In this document: piece by piece, positions 12,400 to 24,598 of the stretch
Numbering within the stretch: position 1 is the first letter of the stretch
Layout of the letters: every line of letters starts with the position of its first letter
Assembly: GCA_030141605.1 (NCBI GenBank)
Contig: JAQGDQ010000059.1
Span: 248,001-312,000 of the forward strand
Direction: 5' to 3'
DNA from: Tubiluchus corallicola
Lineage: Eukaryota > Animalia > Priapulida
Length of the DNA: 64,000 nucleotides
Notes under the pieces: generated by a model
Told to the model about the DNA's origin: nothing
Database searches by the model: none
The model's input: only the letters and a program-made list of their open reading frames with translations
Program-made: the position numbers and the translations under genes

Positions 12400-12550
12400 A
12401 TAATAGATCAAAAACTTAATTAACGCCGGACGAGCCCAACTCTTGATGACATCACAAGCTAATATAATTTTCAACAGCAAAGTATTCCACGAGCGTGTTG
12501 CACGTCTTTGCGAAAATGAAAATTGAAGTGCAGTGGTATTGTAAGATGTT
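12400..12550 (-). mobile_element. CR1/L2 LINE ORF2 C-terminal remnant
   Basis: Minus-strand translation QFSFSQRRATRSWNTL resembles the F.FS.R....WN.LP terminal motif of CR1/L2 ORF2. Confidence 0.5.
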
Positions 12551-12589
12551 CAGTGTGTTGTACTAAAACTAGGCAAGTTTTAAGATAAA

Positions 12590-12840
12590 AATTCAAATTT
12601 CAAATTTACCGCTGTGCTCACGCATGAAACTAACACATCTGAACTGGGAGGTACAGCACCTGCTTTCTGTGCAATGCATTTCCACAATGCAGGCGCTAGT
12701 GCACGTCTAACTAGCGAATGGCGAAATGCATGTAACAGCGAAAAATTAGTGGCGCGAACGTGAAATTGTGTTTGTGCGGTCATAAGTCTTTCACGTCATT
12801 TTTGAAAAAAAATAGGTTGTTTCCTTTCAATATTTTAAAG
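12590..12840 (+). repeat. Dispersed repeat, copy 1 (homologous to 59140-59397)
   Basis: Shared collinear blocks TGAACTGGGAGG, CTAG.GAATGGCGA, GAACGTGAAATT and TCTTTCACGT. Confidence 0.8.
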
Positions 12841-14373
12841 AGTAGATTGCTTTGACCTACAGTTTAAGATTGGGCCCGGTTTTGCTTTATCCAGAAATTT
12901 TTTCCATTTGTTCATGGATTAGTCCGTCAGTCATCAGTGCTAAACTTGTCATTATAGTAACAGGGCTAACCGTTTTTTTATAATTGCATAAAGTAATCAA
13001 TAAATAATTGCACTACCAAAAACAATAACGACACAAACGAAGTCCTCATTTGGGAAAAATTCCCTTTCCGCTTTCTGCTGCTAAATACCAAAAACAGGAT
13101 ACAACAAAATGGGCAAAATATAAATAAGCTCATCTTTAATAAATTTAAAAAGTACATGAAGTATTAAGACCATAAGTTTACTCAAAAATAGAAATATATA
13201 TTCCCTGTTGCTATTAATCAACTGAGCCTTCGGTCTGTACAGCACAGACTTAGTCTCTCGACTTAGTAGTTTCTCAAGACACAACTGGTGTTTTCTGTTT
13301 TTTACTCCTTCATTTTCTACTGGACCTTAACTGAACAGTCTCTTGATCCAGTCCTGAGGTCATCGCTCTTTTGACTTATATATTTATATAATACACAATA
13401 TTATACATACACTTGAACATATTGTTAGAAAACACCTCTGCTGTGCGGTTCTATAAGATGCAAATTCACAATATAGTAAGAAAAACACTCCTTTGTTCTG
13501 ATTAAGATACCATGTATCGAAAGCTAAACATCTAAATTAAATTAATGTTGAACTATAACTGCTGTGCGTGTTTTTCTCTAGTATTTTTGTTACTATAATA
13601 TACATATACGAACCAATTGGCCTGTAAACAAAAAATAGTAGAAACTCTTGACAAACTATTGAAGCTGCGCGAGTTAAAAAAGTGTTCAAGAACATTTTCT
13701 TTGTTCTTTTGACAATGAACAATTTAAGTACTATGGTAAAAATCGCTAAATATGCTCATGACGTCTCACACGCATACCATAACATTGAACAAGCACTAGA
13801 TTTGGTATTCAAGGAAGTCAGGAAGTCATTATGGTTAATTAATGTCACACGAAATGCCTAGAAGTAAAAACTCGGCAGCAGTTTGTACGTTTAATTACAA
13901 GTGCTTGCATGCGCAAGACAGTTTAAGTTACTCTGTATATCTTTAACAGAACATGTTACATGTTTATGACATAATTATTTAAGACGAAGGACCAATATTT
14001 CAACACTAAATCAAATCAAACACAAACAAGTAACTTGTTAACTCTTCTGCTTGATGAAATGGACGTCTAAACGCATGTATAATTAAAATGTAATGGCTAT
14101 TGCTATTACAACTTTTTTTAACAATTTGAGGTGGTCCTGTGAACAAATACTTTATTTGGCCACTGATACATTTGTTGTCAAAACGTTTTCAGGATAAGTA
14201 ATGACAAATAATTACCCGTTTTAATTAATTGTGATTATTCAACATAATAATTAATAACTCAGCTGATTAATTTTACTTTATCGATAAAGCAGAAAAACTC
14301 CACGTATCTAGTTAAATAATCTCATGATTAAGCCTAGACCTATATGACAAAAAAGTGCAGAGTTATAGCTATC

Positions 14374-14605
14374 TCGCTATAACGACGTAATAAGTCGTTA
14401 TAACGTGTTTTGGTATCTCGTTGTACGAGGTAGTAAGTCGTTATATCGTGTTGGTGTCGCGTTGTAACGAGGTAGTAAGATGTTATAACGAGACAGCTAC
14501 CTCGTTATAGGAAGGTATTAAATCGTTACAATGAGGTAGTATTTCGTTATAACGAAGTAGTAAGTCGTTATAACGAAATTGGTATGTCGCTACAGAAGAG
14601 ATAAT
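14374..14605. repeat. ~21-bp minisatellite, about 11 units, palindromic core TCGTTATAACGA
   Basis: Units such as tcgttataacgaagtagtaag, tcgttataacgtgttttggtatc and gcgttgtaacgaggtagtaag; period 20-23 nt. Confidence 0.9.
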
Positions 14606-16657
14606 TATATTTTCAGTTAAGAAACAAACTTGAACAAAATTTTAATTCAGTAAAAACAATTACACAAACCAATAGTTACTGTATATACAGTAATATCTAC
14701 TGAAGATATAAAATCGTCTCGTATGTTCGATCATATAATAGTTGAGTGAACACCAGAAGGTATTTTTATACTGAACCCATTTACCGAACAAGTAATAATT
14801 ATATTAACAGTTTACACATTTATGTTCAGGGTCAATAGTTTATGCTGTAATCTGTCGCAGATATTAAATGACAATACACGTCGTAGGTTATGCAAACTGC
14901 CAATGTGAGACGTATGGGAGTAACCGTTTACTACAAATGTTAATAAAAAAATTTCCCTTTAAGAATGTACACTCGTATAACACAGTAAAAAGTGACCAAA
15001 ACGAAGACAAGGAGAAGGAAACAACTTCATAATAATATCTTTCGTGCAATTAAGTACTTATGTATGATATATGAAATCTTCAGAACTGACAAAAAACCAG
15101 AAATTTTAGTCCAAGCTTACTATATGGCACCGTGGTACTTCTCCCCCTACGGAGAGTTTTCAATGTTTGGGTGCATTTTTTCACAATAGAAAATTTTTCA
15201 GCGAACAGTAAGCCTTAAACGAATATTCCTCGTAATTATTGATGATAATTTCATTTATTTGTAAGATTCCGTATTGTAGAGTTACAATGAGTTATTGCCA
15301 CACTGCAGTGTGAGAAGTTGCATATAATAAACCACGTTTCTGGATATTTCAATGTCAACTTGCCAGCTGCCACAAGTTAAATATAATTAGGCATCTGCAT
15401 GAGATCAATGCCAAAAGACGTTTAAGTGATGAAAGGATGTCTAAAGTGATAATCACAGAAAATTACTTTTTTGTAAATTGCACACTGAGCAGCAAACGAA
15501 AGTGAACAACGAGGGAAAATAACCTACACAATTAAACAGCCGGCAGATATTTTTCCAAAGGATTCTGCCAGTTGCTGACAGCTTTCATGAATAATCAAGA
15601 ATAAATGAGAGTTCCTCGAGCAGAGACACTGAACTACATCACCACCCATGACTTTCGTGGTGAATCTGATGACAGTTAAAATTCTGCCAAGAACTAACCG
15701 ACACAGGCGTGTAATTGCTACCCGGCCAAGAGAAGGTCGCAGAAACTGAGTGCAACCTATAAAGTGTAAAGTACTCAGTCATTTAAAAGGGTCTACCGTC
15801 TATGATTTGTCGACTTTGTGGACATAATGCACACTTCGTCAAAGTTACGACAAATCCACATAGTCTGGACTTTTTACCTTGGTTATTATTTAAAACCCTG
15901 CTGCTTGCTCTGCGTCGTACACGTTGGAGTATGAGAAAGTTAACGACAAAACGTTTCCAATCTGTTTAACATCGTTATTATTCAAATGTTACAACGTCGT
16001 CCACATGCAGTGTCTGGTTAGCCTTTCGCCTAAAGCAGGTAAGGTCATACCCTTTCCTTACACAAGGATACAATTTGTATTCACGCCTAAAGCGGTGTCC
16101 TCTTTTGCAATAGCAGCACTATATATCAACACCCGAATACCATCGGGTTATACATAGTATTAAAACTCATTTTAAAGATTACAGCAGTAATGGAAAAGGA
16201 AATCAGTTATGGGTGATTACTGATTAGTTATTTACTTTAACGCTCTATAAACGTGTTGTTATTTTGGCATGCTGCAATTATCCATTCGTAGAAAAGGGTT
16301 TTGTGAATTGATGATGATTTCATTTGCCTTCCGTTGCCTTTGCAGCTTTTCTGTGCATTTATTTTAGTTCTTCTCAGAAAATATTTTCTACTAATACGCT
16401 ATACAGAAGATTCTCACTTATGTTTCCACTAAGATTTATATTACAAACATAAACGAAACGTATCGTTATGAAACGTAATGTTTCATGTGTAAGGTACGAT
16501 TTAAGAATAAGTTTGTTTAATTCTGTGTATCATTATGACATGCTCTCAGCTTTTTATATTTTTATAGGTGAATCATTCTTACGAGGAATAGTGACGGGCT
16601 CCAAGATACATAAATGGAATGTTAAATGGTTCTGAGCGATCATAAAACTGCTTTAAC

Positions 16658-17644
16658 TTACCTGTTTTCTTCAATAGAATCAACGGCGTAATTTTCGGAT
16701 CCAATACTGGTGTCTAGTGATTGGGCTTCCTCGGAATCTATCAATTGGCTACTACTATCTTCCTGAATAGTTGGCAATTTCTGACCGCTGATGGTGTCAA
16801 GTGCCTGGTTTTCTCTTGTGGGGGTATTCTCAAGATGAGTCACCATTCGCATTTTCCTGTCCTGCTCCTCATTTCCCAGAATGAATCTTCTCTGATTAAA
16901 ATAGTGATAAGTAATATCTGGATGCGGAGATCTGACTACGGAATGAGTTTCCCGGATGGTTGAGACCGGGACGTCTTTTTCTGTTTCGCCCTTAAGAACA
17001 TAATCTATATTTATGCTCTCTTCATTATTTCTTTCATTATTGTTGGAAGATTCTTCAGGATCTTTCGCAATAGCACTTTCTATTTCTTGCTGAAGAGGTA
17101 CTTTTATCAAGGTTGGCAACAATTCCGGATAATCGGATGTCTTGTTGCAATTTGTTAGTGGCGGCGTGTCAGGCACAACGGGCTTTCGTAAATCGATGAT
17201 TTCATTCCCTTCGCAGTTTTCATCTTTCGAAGTTTCTTCATCATCTGAGTAGTGTTCGTAACTGTATTCTTGAGTGACTATGGTAGAAAAGTCAACAAAC
17301 TTTCCTTTTGAAGTCAACCTGCTAAATGAGCCTTTGCGTCCCACCATCACATAGTTCGATTCATCAACAGCAATCCTAGTAGCAGATTTGTATGTCTGCC
17401 ATGGCGGTTGCTGCCTTTTGGTAAAACGGTGTCGTCTCGGAGGACCATCCTGGATTTCTGGAAGGTATACTCCACCGGGAGTGTTTGAATTTGGGACTAT
17501 AGTTACATGACCTCTTCCATACCTGCGGGTGATACGATCTCGGCAGGGTGACGATGTAGCATAACTCAGTTTCATGTTAATATAATTGCTTGGTACACCA
17601 TTGATGAAAGTATGCTGAAAATCCTCATCTCCATAGAACTTCAT
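16658..17644 (-). CDS. Uncharacterised single-exon protein, ~328 aa; basic N-terminal part and acidic Ser/Thr/Glu-rich C-terminal part
   Basis: 1-kb stop-free ORF in AT-rich DNA with higher GC than its flanks; first ATG at 17644 (AAAATG context); minus-strand AATAAA at 16358-16363; no family recognised. Confidence 0.7.
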   Translation of the reverse strand: MKFYGDEDFQHTFINGVPSNYINMKLSYATSSPCRDRITRRYGRGHVTIVPNSNTPGGVYLPEIQDGPPRRHRFTKRQQPPWQTYKSATRIAVDESNYVMVGRKGSFSRLTSKGKFVDFSTIVTQEYSYEHYSDDEETSKDENCEGNEIIDLRKPVVPDTPPLTNCNKTSDYPELLPTLIKVPLQQEIESAIAKDPEESSNNNERNNEESINIDYVLKGETEKDVPVSTIRETHSVVRSPHPDITYHYFNQRRFILGNEEQDRKMRMVTHLENTPTRENQALDTISGQKLPTIQEDSSSQLIDSEEAQSLDTSIGSENYAVDSIEENR

Positions 17645-20600
17645 TTTAGGCAAAAATAAATAACATATTGTTTCGTGCAACGCTTATGATTAGTAACACG
17701 TAACACTTGTTCACTTTGGTTATTTTGGTCAATACAGTATCTCAAATGGTGAACTCAATTAAGATCGATCATCTGATGTAATAAAGCCACACAGATTTAT
17801 AAAAAAAAACAAAGCAAGTTTTCAAAACTTTGCCTGTGTATATAGGTAAGATTCTGTGTTACGATAGGGCCATGCGATGCATAGTTTACGTGACTTTTTA
17901 TGCTTGTCAAATCATAATAACGCATTCGTTATTGTTTGCCGCACTTCCACGAAACACACTCAAGAAAAAGAAATTCTTGTTTTATTATTATCGCTAGATG
18001 TTGTCATTATGATAAAAGTTGCTGGAAAAAGATAAGACACAAGGTAAATAAAACTACAAAACAGTAACATAAAATCATGATTTGTTTAAACCTTGTGATT
18101 GTAACAGTAAATATTCACAAGATAATGATAATCATGTTTAATCAATTAACTGTGCCGTCACATAGAATAAAACTGATTAACAGAAAAAATGCTATTATAC
18201 ACCCCATGGTACCTTTATAATATATAAAGACACTGCAGAGGAACAACAACTTAACCACATTATAATAGAAGAAAACAAAGAAAAAACGTTTTATCCTCTT
18301 GCACCTGATATTTTTAATACACAGACCTACCAGGTTGTTTCCAAATAACTGCAATAAGCCAACACGTATTACCTGCACGAACACCTTGACCACAACTAAT
18401 GCAGATTAAGTGGGTCAAAAAGTATCTCTGATTTGCAAAGCATCGTTTACAAAACAGTTCACGTTGCGTTAAATGTGTTTGCAGATTTCTGTGATAGCCT
18501 GAGGGCTTGTTGAAGTCCTATTCTTGCCTGTCCTTCATCTTGATCAAACTTTTATAACTAGTAAGGAATGTACTAATTCAGGCTGGGATAGGACTGTAAT
18601 GTATACCTGCAGGGTTTAATTTGTTGCGCTTTTGAATGTTTTGATCTGTATATCAAAAACAACTCATCAAGTATAGAATATGTATTATAATAATACGCTT
18701 TTGAATTATTCAACAGCGACTTTTATTGTCTAATTAAATTGATTGATTAATTAGCGCTTTTTAACGCGTTTTCTGTAATTTTATTAAATAGTTAAGCAAC
18801 TTACGCTGTATAGGCCGCCACACGATCTGTCATTCTCGAGTTTGACAGTGTTGAAATACCGTATTACAAGTGGGTTCCATATTAAATATTCTTCCTAGTA
18901 CATAACTATAATTCAGCATTCATATTAGTAATGGATAATAAACGTTCATAATTTTTTACTTTTCGTTTATCCGTACAAACCTGTTAGTGCTCTTAATTTA
19001 CCCTAGTAATTAATATTTTTAATAGTTTATATGCAAAAAGTGAATTTAAGGCAAAAATAGAAAAAAAATCAACACAACCTTTAAAAGGAAGCACAACTTG
19101 ACTTATTTAAAATAAAAAGTAACTTTCCACGCTCGTTGACTTCACAAAATTCATCAAGATCATTTTTTTCAAGATTCGCGTTAACAATGGCGCACGACTC
19201 ACGTTACACAGTCTAGTAAAAGAGATTGAAAATGTCCAACGACAAACACATCCTAAGCAGGTCTGACCACAAAATCACTCACTCTCCTCCAGCTCACCAT
19301 CAATAACGACTACACATGAAAATACCTGAGGGGCAAAGAAATATAAACGTTCCTGTTGTATACCTGAGCCGAGTAATGGCATTATCTATTATTACCTAGT
19401 ACCTACAGGCTCAGCAAATGTCTACAATCAAGGTGTAAAATTGCAAAGGGGGTGATATGTGTACGTCTTAAACTAGTTAAGAGGGGACATTAGTTGTTTA
19501 ACAGAACGTTTTGGTAATTAAAATAATGTTCTACATTAAAAAATTAAAGTCTTCTTAACAGGACACACACAAAAGATGTCCTGATATGAGGCAGTGTGAC
19601 ACGTGACCACCAGTACAAACGTGCGCCACCATTAAGGAATGTCAGCAAAAGCGAAACCTGAAACATTAGTTGATTGGTATTTGCGCGCTTGAAAAAGTAG
19701 AAGAAAAAGCTTTGAACCCTGAACGAAATGGGCTATCTGTTCAAACATAATTAACACGCTAATTTGATAAACGGTATACGGTAAACCATTTCAAGGTTTA
19801 CTTTTAAGAAAGCAATTTCATTTGTTGCGTCTTTATATATAATTAGGGAGAAACTGATGTGAGCGTTGCGATGTTACATTTGAAAAAGTTTTATTGCTTT
19901 CGTTACAAGAATGGGTCTTTGTATTTAGATCAACTTTTTATAAAAATGCATTAAAGTTTTGTAAGTTTTGAAACAACGTATGTTCTGCACTAATTTGTTC
20001 GTACACTGTATATTTCTTTTGTTTATAAAAGCACTTTGGAATAAGCGGTTTTAGTGTCTATGTTACAAGACATTAAAGATAAAATGCAAAAATTTAGAGG
20101 GTGTATAAAATTCCTATAGGCATTTCACATAACCTCTATACGTTTTGGGAAAAGTATAAAATAAATGTTTTTGGTGCAGCATTTTCACACTTTACCTAAA
20201 CGTTTTGTAAAATAGCTAAGACCTATGCAGAATGCGAAAAGTGGCTTTGGTAAAGTATAAAATGAATTAATTCGCGTTAAATCCAACTGTTCCTATATTT
20301 TATTTATAATAAGATTAAGATTGAGACTTATTTATTGCACTTTAAAGCATAAAAACGCACTTCAGTGTTACAATAAAATTAATTTGAAAATCACGAAACA
20401 CCTAGACATTGTATGGAATGCGTAAAACGCCTTAGTCAATGTATTAAGTTAATAAGCAAGGAGTTCAAGTAAACGGTTGAGTTAACTGTTTTATTGGTAT
20501 CTTAAAAAACTTTCATAGAAAATGGAACAATAAATGAGTGGCAACAAGAAAGTAATATACATATAGTACTATTTTAGAATAATTATGGGATTGCGCAAAC

Positions 20601-20784
20601 GATATATTGCGATTGCAGTTGTCATGTAAAGGTTTTTCTGTTGGAACAATCACAACATCATGCAGTATAAGCAATAATGAGGAAGCTGCTTTTTCGCCCT
20701 GACGTTAAAAATGACGTTAATTTTCGTCACTTAGAAAAGTTATTCACTGCTTTATTTGCCCGCCCTTTCCTAACTCAGTGTAAG

Positions 20785-20973
20785 GTCAGTTTCTTTCATT
20801 TTAAGCACGGTGTAATTCGGTAGTTCTTTCTATTAAAAAATTGCGAGAAATCACGAACAGTCTTTTCGTAGAAATTTAGTCAGTTTCTTTCATTTTAAGC
20901 ACGGTGTAATTCGGTAGTTGTTTCTATTAAAAAATTGCGAGAAATCACGAACAGTCTTTTCGTAGAAATTTAG
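20785..20973. repeat. 94-bp direct tandem duplication
   Basis: Two adjacent copies of gtcagtttctttcattttaagcacgg...cgtagaaattta with one mismatch. Confidence 0.95.
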
Positions 20974-22509
20974 AATATGAATTCGTAGGAGCAGATCCTT
21001 CATACATTAGAATGGAAAAACCCAACCGCCTAACTATGTAACTAGGACAGATCCATTTAATGGGTGTTATCCATGCAGCAGCTGTGAACAAAACAATCAT
21101 GCAACCTGAATGTTTGCTTGAAAGCTAGTTACCGTTAAAAACGTAAAAATTGCAAATATATAAAACATGACTTATTTCGCGCACTCTCTAAACAAAACTG
21201 GCATTATATGCCTAGGAAAATTTCATCAAAACGATTGGCCTTTGTCTTACTTTTTACGTTACCTAAAACTTATTCAGCATTTTATAATATGCTTAGGAAC
21301 AGTATATCCGAAAAAACAATTACATGCTTTGCATAATAAAATTTTTGCAATACATAATGCCTAGGAAAAGTGTAGAAGAAATTATTTTAGACACTTTACT
21401 TAATCTGTCTTTAGGCACTCCATAAAATGCTTGTGGAATATCCTGTTTCACACTTTGCAGGTAACGTATAAATGGTCTTATATCGCTAAAGTAGCCTAGA
21501 TCTGTGTAAAACATTTTTAGGGTCGCACTTTGTGAATGCTCGTTCATCATTCATATATTTTTTGATTCGCTATAAGGCTCTTTCATATTTGTGAATGTTT
21601 AGACTTTAGAGTACTATACTTTTTTAACAATATGTCATTAAGGTATATATTTTTTCCTCTGGAAGGTCTGTAACCACTTTAGGTCAAAACCCAATCAAGC
21701 CTGAGGTAAGAAATGCCATTACAGGTCTGTCATGGAGATGAAACTTCATTTGCTTGACAAGGTAGCACGTCATTATTTATCATCTGTACACGCGGCTGTG
21801 ATGAGAAAGTTCAAAGTAACTTTTAAAAAACAAAGTTTCTTCCTCGTTAAGCGCTAACATACTTCGCTGTTGACTTGCGCTGAATCTGTTTTCAAGAGGC
21901 TAAATGTGACAAATAATATAAACGTGAGTCGAACTCAACATTTTGTGTTTTCTACAATATTGTTAGTACTCGTATCACTTTCAAACTAGATCAAGAGCTA
22001 AGCCGTCGAACCGGACTAAATTCGGATCCGGAACCAAATCGAGAATGTTACAATGTCCAGGACTTCGATAATAACTTATTGAGTTTTGTGTAAAACGAAT
22101 TTTATGTAACCATATTTTCACACTATGGTAAACTGCCTGATAGTGGATTGTCTGGTGTTTTTCATTGCTTCATAAATGCTTTGCACACACCATGTATTAC
22201 ATGGGGGAGGATTTGCTTCTAAAACAAATCTAAAAAGCAATGGTCTAAAAAGCATATATAAGAATACCGTCAGTTCTACATTTCGTTCTTTCAACCAAAG
22301 CTGATATAAAAATTTAGTGAATTGTTGATCTATTCATTATTAATTAACAATCCTGTAATTAAATTTATTTGCACGCAAATTATCCCAGGTTTAAGCAAAA
22401 ATTAATTAAAAACTAATTTAATTACTTAGTTGTGATTCTAGCGTGAATGCTGGAATGATCGGTGAAGTACTAGAATTGGATCAAAGTCTGTTTTGTTCGT
22501 AAAAGACTG

Positions 22510-22608
22510 AATGGTTTAATTGTCCAAGGCTTATAAGACTATGAACTGTAAGACTATGCACGCCACAGGTGACTGGTTCAAATCCAGGCTCAGTCTTACT
22601 TTTTTCAC
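22510..22608 (+). mobile_element. tRNA-derived SINE head or tRNA pseudogene remnant
   Basis: Pol III B box GGTTCAAATCC at 22576-22586, an A-box-like TGGTTTAATTG upstream and a T-run downstream; no intact cloverleaf. Confidence 0.45.
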
Positions 22609-24478
22609 GTCCTTTTTTCGACCATATTTGAATTCAAAAACTCAGTAAATTGTGACTTCATTTGGTCACTAATTTTACAAAACAAATTCCCGTGATGTGC
22701 TATTAATGAATTATCTCTGATGATTTAGCATTCTATAAATTGTGAATAACCAAATATATTTAAATACTTTAGAAGGCTTCTTTATTTGACCATCAATGCA
22801 CAATATCACATATGCATGAAAAACTTGAGTTACCAAGTTTAATTGGCAAAAATGAGGTGAAAATATAGCGCTACAGGTACAAACCCCACATAATTATCCA
22901 GTTAATAGCCTGTAATTACATCACTCAGGATTTACACAAATTCATTCAGACCCGTAATTAAGTTAAACAGGTAGCGCGATTTTTAATTTAAGCTCAGCAA
23001 CTAACTTTGTGCGTAAATCGCTTGAGTAACCCCCATTACGTCGGAAATACTGAGAGCAGCACATCAAAATGGAAAAAAATTGTGGGCATATAGTAATAAA
23101 ATTTAGTCGATTTGTCACATTAATACATACGTAGAAGGCTCTGCGTAACAGAAAAAGCAAGGATAGGTTACAATAATTTTAAAAATGTCAAGCAAATTCA
23201 GTGGCAACCTACAGGTATTGGTGATGCAGGTAACTCTTTCCAATTTTTAACTTAAATGAGCGAACTTCAATTACAGTCAAACAGTACGCGTTACCATATT
23301 TTGCGGTACCAGTAATCCATGCTGTCAGTTAAAGCTGAGGCCTATATTTTGTTTTTGCAGTTGCCTGTACGGTGATTGACAAATTCTATCTGTGGATTGA
23401 AAGAATAGGGACTTTTGCCTACAATTGCAAGCACTTAATCCTATTGAACTGAGGGCGAGAGGGTAGTTGGTTGGTCATGGTATGTGCTAATTATGCTTGC
23501 TTACAATGTTAAAAACTGGCTAGAAAATGAATAGATAACCGACTGCTAGCCATCTGGGTAGTTTCATCAATCATACTGCCTCCAGCTCACTGAGACATCT
23601 CCCAGTTCAGGGTTTCCCCTTAAAAGATTATTCTTAGTAATTAGCTAGGTTGCGGTCTCCCTGCAAGAATTCAGGTGCTGTGTCTGAAAGGCACGACGCA
23701 TGCATGTCCAAGCACCACCTCGCCCAACCTAGGTCCTTCTTCCTACGCAAAAATTTGTGCCAAAAAGTGGATGTAAATAATTAATGGTGTGTAAAACAAA
23801 AATTTAATGAAAATCGTAGCCTTACCTTCCTCTACTAAACAAATAAGGACTTTTACCAACTAATTAAGGGTTACAGACAACTAAACTTTTGTCTCGTCTT
23901 TTCAAACACAAAAGCTACCTACTGATCAAGGCAGGCATACTGTAATATCGTGGGAACCTCAAAGTTTTTCTAAACTCTAAGCTTTATTTATTTTTTCTTG
24001 GCCAAAGCATTTTCCACGCATGTGCTCATACGTTTTTTTGTTCAACTTATAGTGGATCTGCCGATGTAATTTACATAAAAACCGGAGCAGTCATTCAAAT
24101 TGTGCAAAAAAACTGGCAAACAAAAACGCGTAGTAGAAAATAATGCAACGCCATACAGTTTGAAGCAGAAACATAAAATAAAATTTGATAACGAGTATAC
24201 AAGTTTCAAGGTACTGTAATATTGATCAAAGTGATGTAATTTACATAACTTGAATACCGGCATATTTCACATTTTAAGTTACCACAAAGAACGGAATAAC
24301 AGGTCCATTATATATTTTTTATTACACTTGAAATTCTCTATTTAGTTAAAACTGAATAGTCATTTTATTCTAAAAAATATGATAGCAATAAATCTTTAAT
24401 ATATAGCCATAGCTATATATATATTAAAGATTTATTGCTATCATGTAGGTGATGTTGTAATATTGGTATTACATATAT

Positions 24479-24481
<3 letters not shown>

Positions 24482-24569
<88 letters not shown>

Positions 24570-24598
24570 GAATACCAATATATATATATATATATATA
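24482..24598. repeat. (TA)n microsatellite
   Basis: About 80 nt of perfect TA plus a second short run. Confidence 0.98.

Noticed and set aside
14374-14605. CRISPR-like array
   Set aside because: Eukaryotic context, linkers only ~9 nt and recurrent rather than unique, and no cas genes
18142-18207. Signal-peptide-like MGCIIAFFLLISFILCDG on the minus strand
   Set aside because: Stops after 21 codons with only a weak donor; hydrophobicity is expected from T-rich DNA
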